From: Eledone cirrhosa
Lineage: Eukaryota
Direction of reading: 5' to 3'
DNA: 64,000 nucleotides
NCBI GenBank assembly: GCA_964016885.1
Contig: OZ024760.1
Span: 32,426,001-32,490,000, forward strand
Under the pieces are notes generated by a model. That model did not search any database. It was not told the DNA's origin and worked only from the letters and a program-made list of their open reading frames with translations. Shown here in pieces: positions 1 through 13,400 of the stretch (position 1 is its first letter; each line of letters starts with the position of its first letter). Position numbers and translations under genes: made by a program.

Positions 1-440
1 AGTTATGGGACCGTGATTGAGCTGAGCCAGCCTACCTCTGCTTGGCAGTTATGGGTCCCTGATTCAGCTGAGACAGCCTACCTCTGGTGTTGGCAGTTAT
101 GGAACCCTGATTCAGCTGAGACAGCCTACCTCTGGTGTTGGCAGTTATGGGTCCCTGATTCAGCTGAGACAGCCTACCTCTGGTGTTGGCAGTTATGGAA
201 CCCTGATTCAGCTGAGCCAGCCTACTTATGGTTGGCAGCTAATGGGACCCTGATTGAGCCGAGCCAGCCTACCTCTGGTTGGCAGCTAATGGGACCCTGA
301 TTTAGCTGAGCCAGCCTACTTCTGGTTGGAAGCTAATGCGATCCTGATTAAGCTGAGCCAGCCTACCTCTGGTTGGCAACTTATGGGATCCTGATTCAGC
401 TGAGCCAGTCTACCTCTGCTTGGCAGTTATGGGACCCTGA

Positions 441-3400
441 TTGAGCTGAGACAGCCTATCTCTAGTGTTGGCAGCTAATGGGACCCTGATTGAGCTGAGC
501 CAGCCTACCTCTGGGTGGAAGCTAATGGGACCCTGAATGAGCTGAGCCAGTCTACCTCTGGTGTTGGCAGCTAATGGCTCCCTGATTGAGCTGAGCCAGA
601 CTACCTCTGGTTGGCAGCTAATGGGACCCTGATTGACCTGAGCCAGCCTACCTCTGTTGTTGGCAGCTAATGGCTCCCTGATTGAGCTGAGCCAGACTAC
701 CTCTGTTGTTGGCAGCTAATGGCTCCCTGATTGAGCTGAGCCAGACTACCTCTGGTTGGCAGCTAATGGGACCCTGATTGACCTGAGCCAGCCTACCTCT
801 TTTTGGTAGCTAATGGGACCCTGATTGAGCTGAGCCTATCTACCTCTTGGTGGAAGATAATGGGACCCTGATTGAGCTGAGCCATCCTACCTCTGGTGTT
901 GGCAGTTATGGTACCCTGATTCAGCTAAGCCAGCCTACTTCTGGCTGGCAGCTAATGGGAGCCTGATTGAGTTGTTCCAGCCTATCTCTGGTTGGCAGCT
1001 AATGGGAGCCTGATTGATCCGAGCCAGCCTACCTCTGGTGGGCAGCTAATGGGAGCCTGATTGAGCTGTTCCAGCCTATCTCTGGTTGGCAGCTAATGGG
1101 AGCCTGATTGATCTGAGCCAGCCTACCTCTGGTGGGCAGCTAATGGGAGCCTGATTGAGCTGAGCCAGCCTACCTCTGGGTGGAAGCTAATGGGACCCTG
1201 ATTGAGCTGAGCCATCCTACCTCTGGTGTTGGCAGATAATGGCACCCTGATTAAGCTGAGCCAGCCTACTTCTGGCTGGCAGCTAATGGGAGCCTGATTG
1301 AGCTGTTCCAGCCTATCTCTGGTTGGCAGCTAATGGGAGCCTGATTGATCCGAGCCAGCCTACCTCTGGTGGGCAGCTAATGGGAGCCTGATTGAGCTGT
1401 TCCAGCCTATCTCTGGTTGGCAGCTAATGGGAGCCTGATTGATCTGAGCCAGCCTACCTCTGGTGGGCAGCTAATGGGAGCCTGATTGAGCTGAGCCAGC
1501 CTACCTCTACTTGGCAGTTTTGGGTCCCTGATTGTGCTGAGCCAGACTACCTCTGGCTTGCAGCTAATGGGACCCTGATTGAGCTGAGCCAGCTTACCTC
1601 TGGTTGGCAGCTAATGGCAGCCTGATTGAGCTGAGCTAGCCTACCTCTACTTGGCAGTTTTGGGTCCCTGATTGTGCTGAGCCAGCCTACCTCTGGTAGG
1701 CAGCTAGTGGGACCCTGATTGAGCTGAGCCAGCCTACCTCTGGGTGGAAGATAATGGGACTCTGATTGAGCTGAGCCAGCCTACCTCTGGTGTTGGCAGC
1801 TAATGGGACCCTGATTCACCAGAGCCAGCCTACTTCTGGCTGGCAGTTAATGGGAGCCTGATTGAGCTGTACCAGCCTACCTCTGGTGTTGGCAATTATG
1901 GGACCCTGATTCAGCTAAGCCAGCCTACTTTTGGTTGGCAGGTAATGCGACCCTGATTGAGCTGAGCCAGCCTATCTCTGGTTGGCAGCTAATGGGAGCC
2001 TGATTGAGATGAGCCAGCCTACTTATGGTAGGCAGCTAATGGGACCCTGATTGAGCTGAGCCAGCCTACCTCTACTTGGCAGTTTTGGGTCCCTGATTGT
2101 GCTGAGCCAGACTACCTCTGGTAGGCAGCTAATGGGAGCCTGATTGATCTGAGCCAGCCTACCTCTTCTTGGCAGATTTGGGTCCCTGATTGTGCTGAGC
2201 CAGCCTACCTCTGGTGTTGGCAGTTATGCGAAGCTCATTGAGCTGAGCCAGCCTACCTCTGGTTGGCAGCTAATGGGAGCCTGATTGAGCTGAGCCAGCC
2301 TACCTCTGGTTGGCAGCTAAGGAGACCCTGATTGAGCTGAACCAGCCTACATCTGGTGTTGTCAGTTAATGGGACCCTGATTGAGCTGAGACAGCCTACC
2401 TCTAGTGTTGGCAGCTAATGGGACCCTCATTGAGCTGAGCCAGCCTACCTCTGGGTGGAAGCTAATGGGACCCTGAATGAGCTGAGCCAGTCTACCTCTG
2501 GTGTTGGCAGCTAATGGGACCCTGATTAAGATGAGCCAGCCTACTTCTGGCTGTCAGCTAATGCGACCCTGATTGAGCTGAGCCAGCTACCTCTGTTGGG
2601 CAGCTAATGGGACGCTGATTGAGCTGAGCCAGCCTACCTCTGTTGTTGGCAGCTAATGGCTCCCTGATTGAGCTGAGCCAGACTACCTCTGGTTGGCAGC
2701 TAATGGGACCCTGATTGACCTGAGACAGCCTACCTCTTTTTGGTAGCTAATGGGACCCTGATTGAGCTGAGCCAATCTACCTCTTGGTGGAAGATAATGG
2801 GACCCTGATTGAGCTGAGCCATCCTACCTCTGGTGTTGGCAGTTATGGTACCCTGATTCAGCTAAGCCAGCCTACTTCTGGCTGGCAGCTAATGGGAGCC
2901 TGATTGAGTTGTTCCAGCCTATCTCTGGTTGGCAGCTAATGGGAGCCTGATTGATCCGAGCCAGCCTACCTCTGGTGGGCAGCTAATGGGAGCCTGATTG
3001 AGCTGTTCCAGCCTATCTCTGGTTGGCAGCTAATGGGAGCCTGATTGATCTGAGCCAGCCTACCTCTGGTGGGCAGCTAATGGGAGCCTGATTGAGCTGA
3101 GCCAGCCTACCTCTGGGTGGAAGCTAATGGGACCCTGATTGAGCTGAGCCATCCTACCTCTGGTGTTGGCAGATAATGGGACCCTGATTAAGCTGAGCCA
3201 GCCAACTTCTGGATGGCAGCTAATGGGAGCCTGATTGAGCTGTTCCAGCCTATCTCTGGTTGGCAGCTAATGGGAGCCTGATTGATCTGAGCCAGCCTAC
3301 CTCTGGTGGGCAGCTAATGGGAGCCTGATTGAGCTGAGCCAGCCTACCTCTGGGTGGAAGCTAATGGGACCCTGATTGAGCTGAGCCATCCTACCTCTGG

Positions 3401-4410
3401 TGTTGGCAGATAATGGGACCCTGATTAAGCTGAGCCAGCCAACTTCTGGATGGCAGCTAATGGGAGCCTGATTGAGCTGAGCCAGCCTACCTCTACTTGG
3501 CAGTTTTGGGTCCTGATTGTGCTGAGCCAGACTACCTCTGGCTTGCAGCTAATGGGACCCTGATTGAGCTGAGCCAGCTTACCTCTGGTTGGCAGCTAAT
3601 GGCAGCCTGATTGAGCTGAGCTAGCCTACCTCTACTTGGCAGTTTTGGGTCCCTGATTGTGCTGAGCCAGCCTACCTCTGGTAGGCAGCTAGTGGGACCC
3701 TGATTGAGCTGAGCCAGCCTACCTCTGGGTGGAAGATAATGGGACTCTGATTGAGCTGAGCCAGCCTACCTCTGGTGTTGGCAGCTAATGGGACCCTGAT
3801 TCACCAGAGCCAGCCTACTTCTGGCTGGCAGCTAATGGGAGCCTGATTGAGCTGTACCAGCCTACCTCTGGTGTTGGCAATTATGGGACCCTGATTCAGC
3901 TAAGCCAGCCTACTTTTGGTTGGCAGGTAATGCGACCCTGATTGAACTGAGCCAGCCTATCTCTGGTTGGCAGCTAATGGGAGCCTGATTGAGATGAGCC
4001 AGCCTACTTATGGTAGGCAGCTAATGGGACCCTGATTGAGCTGAGCCAGCCTACCTCTACTTGGCAGTTTTGGGTCCCTGATTGTGCTGAGCCAGACTAC
4101 CTCTGGTAGGCAGCTAATGGGAGCCTGATTGATCTGAGCCAGCCTACCTCTTCTTGGCAGATTTGGGTCCCTGATTGTGCTGAGCCAGCCTACCTCTGGT
4201 GTTGGCAGTTATGCGAAGCTCATTGAGCTGAGCCAGCCTACCTCAGGTTGGCAGCTAATGGGAGCCTGATTGAGCTGAGCCAGCCTACCTCTGGTTGGCA
4301 GCTAAGGAGACCCTGATTGAGCTGAACCAGCCTACATCTGGTGTTGTCAGTTAATGGGACCCTGATTGAGCTGAGACAGCCTACCTCTAGTGTTGGCAGC
4401 TAATGGGACC
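441..4410. repeat. Higher-order duplication of about 1.94-1.99 kb within the 47-bp satellite
   Basis: Rare monomer variants recur in the same order: acctga..tttttggtagc at 781/2718, cagttatgcgaagctc at 2221/4206, gagacagcc..tctagtg at 441/2381/4366. Confidence 0.85.
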
Positions 4411-4489
4411 CTCATTGAGCTCAGCCAGCCTATCTCTGGTGTTGGCATCTAATTGGACTCTGATTGAGCTTAGTCAGACGACCTATGGT

Positions 4490-7400
4490 TAGCAGCAAAT
4501 GGGACCCTGATTGAGCAGAGCCAGCCTACCACTGGTTGGCAGCTAATGGGACCCTGATTTAGCTGAGCCAGCCTACCTCTGGTTGGCAGCTAATGGGACC
4601 TTGATTGAGCTGAGCCAGCCTACCTCTGTTTGGCAGTTACTGGGACCCAGATTGAGCTGAGCCTGCCTACCTCAGGTGTTGGCAGTTATGGAACCCTGAT
4701 TCAGCTCAGCCAGCCTACCTCTGGTCTTTTCAGCTAATGAGACCCTGATTGAGATGAGCTAGCCGACCTCTGATTGGCAGTTAATGGGACCCTGATTCAC
4801 CTGAGCCAGCCTACCTCTGGTTGGCAGCTAATGGGACGCTGATTAAGATGAGCCAGCCTACTTCTGGCTGGCAGCTAATGCGAACCTGATTGAGGTGAGC
4901 CAGCTACCTCTGGTGGGCAGCTAATGGGACGCTGATTGAGCTGAGCCAGCCTACCTCTGTTGTTGGCAGCTAATGGCACCCTGATTGAGCTGAGCCAGAC
5001 TACCTCTGGTTGGAAGCTGATGTGACTCTTATTGAGCTGAGCCAGCCTACCTCTGGTTGGCAGCTAATGGGACCCTGATTCAGCTGAGCCAGCCTACCTC
5101 TGCTTGGCAGTTATGGGACCCTGATTGAGCTGAGCCAGCCTACCTCTTTTTGTTAGCTAATGTAAACCTGATTGAGCTGAGCCAGCCTACCTCTGGGTGG
5201 AAGATAATGAGACCCAGATTGAGCTGAGCCAGCCTACCTCTGGTGTTGGCAGCTAATGGGACCCTGATTCACCAGAGCCAGCCTACTTCTGGCTGGCAGC
5301 TAATGGGAGCCTGATTGAGCTGTGCCAGCCTACATCTGGTGTTGTCAGTTATGGGACCCTGATACACCTGAGCCAGCCTACTTTTGGTTGGCAGGTAATG
5401 TGACCCTGATTGAGCTGAGCCAGCCTATCTCTGGTATGCAGCTAATGGGAGCCTGATTGAGCTTAGCCAGCCTACTTCTGGTAGGCAGCTAATGGGATCC
5501 TGATTGAGCTGAGCCAGCCTACCTCTGGGTGGAAGCTAATGGGACCTGATTGAGCTGAGCCAGCCTACCTCTGGTGTTGGCAGCTAATGGGACCTGATTG
5601 AGCTGAGCCAGCCTACTTCTGGCTGGCAGCTAATGGGACCCTGATGAAGCTGAGCTAGCCTACTTCTGGCTGGCAGCTAATGGGACCCTGAATGAGCTGA
5701 GCCAGCCTACCTCTGGTGTTGGCAGCTAATTCGACCCTGATTGAGCTGAGCCAGCCTACCTCTGGTTGGCAGCTAATAAGAGCCTGATTGATCTGAGCCA
5801 GCCTACCTCTGGTGGGCAGCTAATGGGACCCTGATTGAGCTGAGCCAGCCTACCTCTGTTGTTGGCAGCTAATGGCACCCTGATTGAGCTGAGCCAGACT
5901 ACCTCTGGTTGGCAGCTAATGGGAGCCTGATTGAGCTGAGCCAGCCTACCTCTGGTTGGCAGCTAATGGGAGCCTGATTGAGCTGAGCCAGACTACCTCT
6001 GGTTGGCAGTTAATGGGAGCCTGATTGAGCTGAGCCAGTCTACCTCTGGTTAGCAGCTAATGGGAGCCTGATTGAGCTGAGCCAGACTACCTCTGGTTGG
6101 CAGCTAATGGAACACTGATTCAGCTGAGCCAGCCTACCCCTGTTTGTCAGATATGGGACGCTGATTGAGCTGAGCCAGCTTACATCTGGTGTTGGCAGTT
6201 ATGGGACCCTGATTGAGCTGAGCCAGCCTACCACTGGTTGGCAGCTAATGAGACCCTGATTGAGCTGAACCAGCCTACCTCTGGTGTTTTCAGTTAATGG
6301 GACCCTGATTGAGCTGAGACAGCCTACCTCTAGTGTTGGCAGCTAATGGGACCCTCATTGAGCTCAGCCAGACTATCTCTGGTGTTGGCAGCTAATTGGA
6401 CTCTGATTGAGCTTAGTCAGACTACCTATGGTTGGCAGCAAATGGGACCCTGATTGAGCTGAGCCAGTCTACCACTGGTTGGCAGCTAATGGGACCCTGA
6501 TTTAGCTGAGCCAGCCTACCTCTTGTTGGCAGCTAATGGGACCCTGATTGAGCTGAGCCAGCCTACCTCTGTTTGGCAGCTTCTGGGACCCAGATTGAGC
6601 TGAGCCAGCCTACCTCTGGTTGGCAGCTTGTGGGACCGTGATTTAGCTGAGCCAGCCTACCTCTGGTTGGCAGATAATGGGACCCTGATTGAGCTCAGTC
6701 AGCCTACCTCTGTTTGGCAGTTATGGGTCCCTGATTCAGCTGAGACAGCCTACCTCTGGTGTTGGCAGTTATGGAACCCTGATTCAGCTGAGCCAGCCTA
6801 CTTTTGGTTGGCAGCTAATGGGACCCTGATTGAGCTGAGCCAGCCTACCTCTGTTGTTGGAAGCTAATGGGACCCTCATTGAGCTGAGCCAGACTATCTC
6901 TGGTGTTGGCAGCTAATGGGACCCTGATTGAGCTTAATCAGACTACCTATGTTTGGCAGCTAATGGGACCCTGATTGACATGAGCCAGCCTAACTCTGGT
7001 GTTGGCAGCTAATGGGACCCTGATTGAGCTGCGCCAGTCTACCTCTGGTTGGCAGCAAATGGGACCCTGATTGAGCTGAGCCAGCCTACCACTGGTTCGC
7101 AGCTAATGGGACCCTGATTTAGCTGAGCCAGCCTACCTCTGGTTGGCAGCTAATGGGACCCTGATTGAGCTGAGCCAGCCTACTTCTGGTTGGGAGCTAC
7201 TGGGACCCAGATTGAGCTGAGCCTGCCTACCTCAGGTATTGGCAGTTATGGGACCCTGATTCAGCTGTCCCAGCCTACCTTTGGTGTTGGCAGCTAATGA
7301 GACCCTGATTGAGCTGAGCTAGCCGACCTCTGATTGGAAGTTAATGGGATCCTGATTCAGCTGAGCCAGCCTACCTCTGGTTGGCAGCTTGTGGGACCCT

Positions 7401-10400
7401 GATTCAGCTGAGCCAGCCTACCTCTGGTTGGCAGCTAAAGGGACCCTGATTGAGCTCAGTCAGCCAACCTCTGCCTGGCAGTTATAGGTCTCTGATTCAT
7501 CGGAGCCAGCCTACTTCTGGTTGGCAGCTGATGGGAGCCTGATTCAGCTGAGCCAGCCTCACTAAGGTGGGCACCTAATGGGACCCTGATTGAGCTGAGC
7601 CAGCCTACCTTTGTTGTTGGCAGCTAATGGGACCCTGATTCAGCTGAGCCAGCCTACCTCTGCTTGGCAGTTATGGGACCCTGATTGAGCTGAGCCAGCC
7701 TACCTCTTTTTGGTAGCTAATGGAACCCTGATTGAGCTGAGCCAGCCTACCTCTGGTAGGCAGCTAATGGGACCCTGATTGAGCTGAGCCAATCTACCTC
7801 TTGTTGGAAGATAATGGGACCCTGATTGAGCTGAGCCAGCCTACCTCTGGTGTTGGCAGCTAATGGGACCCTGATTCACCAGAGCCAGCCTACTTCTGGC
7901 TGTCAACTAATGGGAGCCTGATTGAGCTGAGCCAGCCTAACTCTGGTGTTGGCAGCTAATGGGACCCTGATTAAGCTGAGCCAGCCTACTTCTGGCTGGC
8001 AGCTAATGGGAGCCTGATTGAGCTGTGCCAGCCTATCTCTGGTTGGCAGCTAATGGGAGCCTGATTGATCTGAGCCAGCCTACCTCTGGTGGGCAGCTAA
8101 TGGGAGCCTGATTGAGCTGAGCCAGCCTACCTCTACTTGGCAGTTTTGGGTCCCTGATTGTGCTGAGCCAGACTACCTCTGGTAGGCAGCTAATGGGACC
8201 CTGATTGAGCTGAGCCAGCTTACCTCTGGTTGGCAGCTAATGGGAGCCGGATTGAGCTGAGCCAGCCTACCTCTACTTGGCAGTTTTGGGTCCCTGATTG
8301 TGCTGAGCCAGCCTACCTCTGGTAGGCAGCTAGTGGGACCCTGATTGAGCTGAGCCAGCCTACCTCTGGGTGGAAGATAATGGGACCCTGATTGAGCTGA
8401 GCCAGCCTGCCTCTGGTGTTGGCAGCTAATGGGACCCTGATTCACCAGAGCCAGCCTACTTCTGGCTGGCAGCTAATGGGAGCCTGATTGAGCTGTACCA
8501 GCCTAGCTCTGGTGTTGGCAGTTATGGGACCCTGATTGAGCTGAGCCAACGTACCTCTGGGTGGAAGCTAATGGGAGCCTGATTGAGCTGAGCCAGCCTA
8601 CCTCTACTTGGCAGTTTTGGGTCCCTGATTGTGCTGAGCCAGCCTACCTCTGGTGTTGGCAGCTAATGCGACCCTGATTGAGCTGAGCCAGCCTACCTCT
8701 GGTTGGCAGCTAATGGGAGCCTGATTGATATGAGCCAGCCTACCTCTGTTGTTGGCAGCTAATGGCACACTGATTGAGCTGAGCCAGAATACTTCTGGTT
8801 GGCAGCTAATGGGAGCCTCATTGAGCTGAGCCAGCCTACCTCTACTTGGCAGTTTTGGGTCCCTGATTGTGTTGAGCCAGCCTACCTCTGGTGTTGGCAG
8901 TTATGCGAAGCTCATTGAGCTGAGCCAGCCTACCTCTGGTTGGCAGCTAATGGGTGCCTGATTCAGCTGAGTCAACTTACCTCTGGTGGGCAGCTAATGG
9001 CACCCTGATTGAGCTGAGCCAGACTACCTCTGGTTGGCAGCTAATGGAACACTGATTCAGCTGAGCCAGCCTACCCCTGTTTGTCAGATATGGGACGCTG
9101 ATTGAGCTGAGCCAGCTTACATCTGGTGTTGGCAGTTATGGGACCCTGATTGAGCTGAGCCAGCCTACCTCTGGTTGGCAGCTAATGAGACCCTGATTGA
9201 GCTGAACCAGACTACCTCTGGTGTTTTCAGTTAATGGAACCCTGATTGAGCTGAGACAGCCTACCTCTAGTGTTGGCAGCTAATGGGACCCTCATTGAGC
9301 TCAGCCAGCCTATCTCTGGTGTTGGCAGCTAATTTGACTCTGATTGAGCTTAGTCAGACGACCTATGGTTGGCAGCAAATGGGAGCCTGATTGAGCTGAG
9401 CCAGCCTACCACTGGTTGGCAGCTAATGGGACCCTGATTTAGCTGAGCCAGCCTACCTCTGGTTGGCAGCTAATGGGACCCTGATTGAGCTGAGCCAGCC
9501 TACCTCTGTCTTGCAGCTACTGGGACCCAGATTGAGCTGAGCCTGCCTACCTCAGGTGTTGGCAGTTATGGAACCCTGATTCAGCTCAGCCAGCCTACCT
9601 CTGGTCTTGGCAGCTAATGAGACCCTGATTGAGATGAGCTAGCCGACCTCTGATTGGTCTTTAATGGGACACTGATTCACCTGAGCCAGCCTACCTCTGG
9701 TTGGCAGCTAATGGGACCCTGATTAAGATGAGCCAGCCTACTTCTGGCTGGCAACTAATGCGAACCTGATTGAGCTGAGCCAGGTACCTCTGGTGGGCTG
9801 CTAATGGGACGCTGATTGAGCTGAGCCAGCATACCTCTGTTGTTGGCAGCTAATGGCACCCTGATTGAGCTGAGCCAGCCTACCTCTGGTTGGCAGCTAA
9901 TGGGACCCTGATTCAGCTGAGCCAGCCTACCTCTGCTTGGCAGTTATGGGACCCTGATTGAGCTGAGCCAGCCTACCTCTTTTTGTTAGCTAATGTAACC
10001 CTGATTGAGCTGAGCCAGCCTACCTCTGGTAGGCAGCTAATGGGACACTGATTGAGCTGAGCCAGCCTACCTCTGGTGTTGGCAGCTAATGGGACCCTGA
10101 TTCACCAGAGCCAGCCTACTTCTGGCTGGCAGCTAATGGGAGCCTGATTGAGTTGTGCCAGCCTACCTCTGGTGTTGGCAGTTATGGGACCCTGATTCAG
10201 CTGAGCCAGCCTACTTTTGGTTGGCAGGTAATGTTACCCTGATTGAGCTGAGCCAGCCTATCTCTGGTTGGCAGCTAATGGGAGCCTGATTGAGCTGAGC
10301 CAGCCTACTTCTGGTAGGCAGCTAATGGGACCCTGATTGAGCTGAGCCAGCCTACCTCTGGGTGGAAGCTAATGGGACCCTGATTGAGCTGAGCCAGCCT

Positions 10401-13400
10401 ACCTATGGTGTTGGCAGCTAATGGGACCCTGATTGAGTTGTGCCAGCCTACCTCTGGTGTTGGCAGTTATGGGACCCTGATTCAGCTGAGCCAGCCTACT
10501 TTTGGTTGGCAGGTAATGTTACCCTGATTGAGCTGAGCCAGCCTATCTCTGGTTGGCAGCTAATGGGAGCCTGATTGAGCTGAGCCAGCCTACTTCTGGT
10601 AGGCAGCTAATGGGACCCTGATTGAGCTGAGCCAGCCTACCTCTGGGTGGAAGCTAATGGGACCCTGATTGAGCTGAGCCAGCCTACCTATGGTGTTGGC
10701 AGCTAATGGGACCCTGATTAAGCTGAGCCAGCCTACTTCTGGCTGGCAGCTAATGGGAGCCTGATTGAGCTGTGCCAGCCTACCTCTGGTTTTGGCTGCT
10801 AATTCGACCCTGATTGAGCTGAGCCAGCCTACCTCTGGTTGGCAGCTAATAAGAGCCTGATTGATCTGAGCCAGCCTACCTCTGGTGGGCAGCTAATGAG
10901 ACCCTGATTGAGCTGAGCCAGCCTACCTCTGTTGTTGGCAGCTAATGGCACCCTGATTGAGCTGAGCCAGACTACTTCTGGTTGGCAGCTAATGGGAGCC
11001 TGATTGATCTGAGCCAGCCTACCTCTTCTTGGCAGATTTGGGTCCCTGATTGTGCTGAGCCAGCCTACCTCTGGTGTTGGCAGTTATGCGAAGCTCATTG
11101 AGCTGAGCCAGCCTACCTCTGGTTGGCAGCTAATGAGAGCCTGATTGAGCTGAGCCAGACTACCTCTGGTTGGCAGCTAATGGAACACTGATTCAGCTGA
11201 GCCAGCCTAACCCTGTTTGTCAGAAATGGGACCCTGATTGATCTGAGACAGCCTACCTCTAGTGTTGGCAGCTAATGGGACCCTCATTGAGCTCAGCCAG
11301 CCTATCTCTGGTGTTGGCAGCCAATTGGACTCTGATTGAGCTTAGTCAGACTACCTATGGTTGGCAGCAAATGGGACCCTGATTGAGCTGAGCCAGCCTA
11401 CCACTGGTTGGCAGCTAATGGGACCCTGATTTAGCTGAGCCAGCCTACCTCTGGTTGGCAGCTAATGGGACCCTGATTGAGCTGAGCCAGCCTACCTCTG
11501 TTTGGCAGCTTCTGGGACCCAGATTGAGCTGAGCCAGCCTACCTCTGGTTGGCAGATAATGGGACCCTGATTGAGCTCAGTCAGCCTACCTCTGTTTGGC
11601 AGTTATGGGTCCCTGATTCAGCTGAGCCAGCCTACTTATGGTTGGCACTAATGGGACCCTGATTGAGCTGAGCCAGCCTACCTCTGTTGTTGGCAGCTAA
11701 TGGGACCCTCATTGAGCTGAGCCAGACTATCTCTGGTGTTGGCAGCTAATGGGACCCTGATTGAGCTTAGTCAGACTACCTATGTTTGGGACCCTGATTG
11801 ACATGAGCCAGCCTAACTCTGGTGTTGGGAGCTAATGGGACCCTGATTGAGCTGCGCCAGTCTACCTCTGGTTGGCAGCAAATGGGACCCTGATTGAGCA
11901 GAGCCAGCCTACCACTGGTTGGCAGCTAATGGGACCCTGATTTAGCTGAGCCAGCCTACCTCTGGTTGGCAGCTAATGGGACCTTGATTGAGCTGAGCCA
12001 GCCTACCTCTGTTTGGCAGTTACTGGGACCCAGATTGAGCTGAGCCTGCCTACCTCAGGTGTTGGCAGTTATGGAACCCTGATTCAGCTCAGCCAGCCTA
12101 CCTCTGGTCTTTTCAGCTAATGAGACCCTGATTGAGATGAGCTAGCCGACCTCTGATTGGCAGTTAATGGGACCCTGATTCACCTGAGCCAGCCTACCTC
12201 TGGTTGGCAGCTAATGGGACGCTGATTAAGATGAGCCAGCCTACTTCTGGCTGGCAGCTAATGCGAACCTGATTGAGGTGAGCCAGCTACCTCTGGTGGG
12301 CAGCTAATGGGACGCTGATTGAGCTGAGCCAGCCTACCTCTGTTGTTGGCAGCTAATGGCACCCTGATTGAGCTGAGCCAGACTACCTCTGGTTGGAAGC
12401 TGATGTGACTCTTATTGAGCTGAGCCAGCCTACCTCTGGTTGGCAGCTAATGGGACCCTGATTCAGCTGAGCCAGCCTACCTCTGCTTGGCAGTTATGGG
12501 ACCCTGATTGAGCTGAGCCAGCCTACCTCTTTTTGTTAGCTAATGTAAACCTGATTGAGCTGAGCCAGCCTACCTCTGGGTGGAAGATAATGAGACCCAG
12601 ATTGAGCTGAGCCAGCCTACCTTTGGTGTTGGCAGCTAATGGGACCCTGATTCACCAGAGCCAGCCTACTTCTGGCTGGCAGCTAATGGGAGCCTGATTG
12701 AGCTGTGCCAGCCTACATCTGGTGTTGTCAGTTATAGGACCCTGATACACCTGAGCCAGCCTACTTTTGGTTGGCAGGTAATGTGACCCTGATTGAGCTG
12801 AGCCAGCCTATCTCTGGTATGCAGCTAATGGGAGCCTGATTGAGCTTAGCCAGCCTACTTCTGGTAGGCAGCTAATGGGACCCTGATTGAGCTGAGCCAG
12901 CCTACCTCTGGGTGGAAGCTAATGGGACCTGATTGAGCTGAGCCAGCCTACCTCTGGTGTTGGCAGCTAATGGGACCTGATTGAGCTGAGCCAGCCTACT
13001 TCTGGCTGGCAGCTAATGGGACCCTGATGAAGCTGAGCCAGCCTACTTCTGGCTGGCAGCTAATGGGACCCTGAATGAGCTGAGCCAGCCTACCTCTGGT
13101 GTTGGCAGCTAATTCGACCCTGATTGAGCTGAGCCAGCCTACCTCTGGTTGGCAGCTAATAAGAGCCTGATTGATCTGAGCCAGCCTACCTCTGGTGGGC
13201 AGCTAATGGGACCCTGATTGAGCTGAGCCAGCCTACCTCTGTTGTTGGCAGCTAATGGCACCCTGATTGAGCTGAGCCAGACTACCTCTGGTTGGCAGCT
13301 AATGGGAGCCTGATTGAGCTGAGCCAGCCTACCTCTGGTTGGCAGCTAATGGGAGCCTGATTGAGCTGAGCCAGACTACCTCTGGTTGGCAGTTAATGGG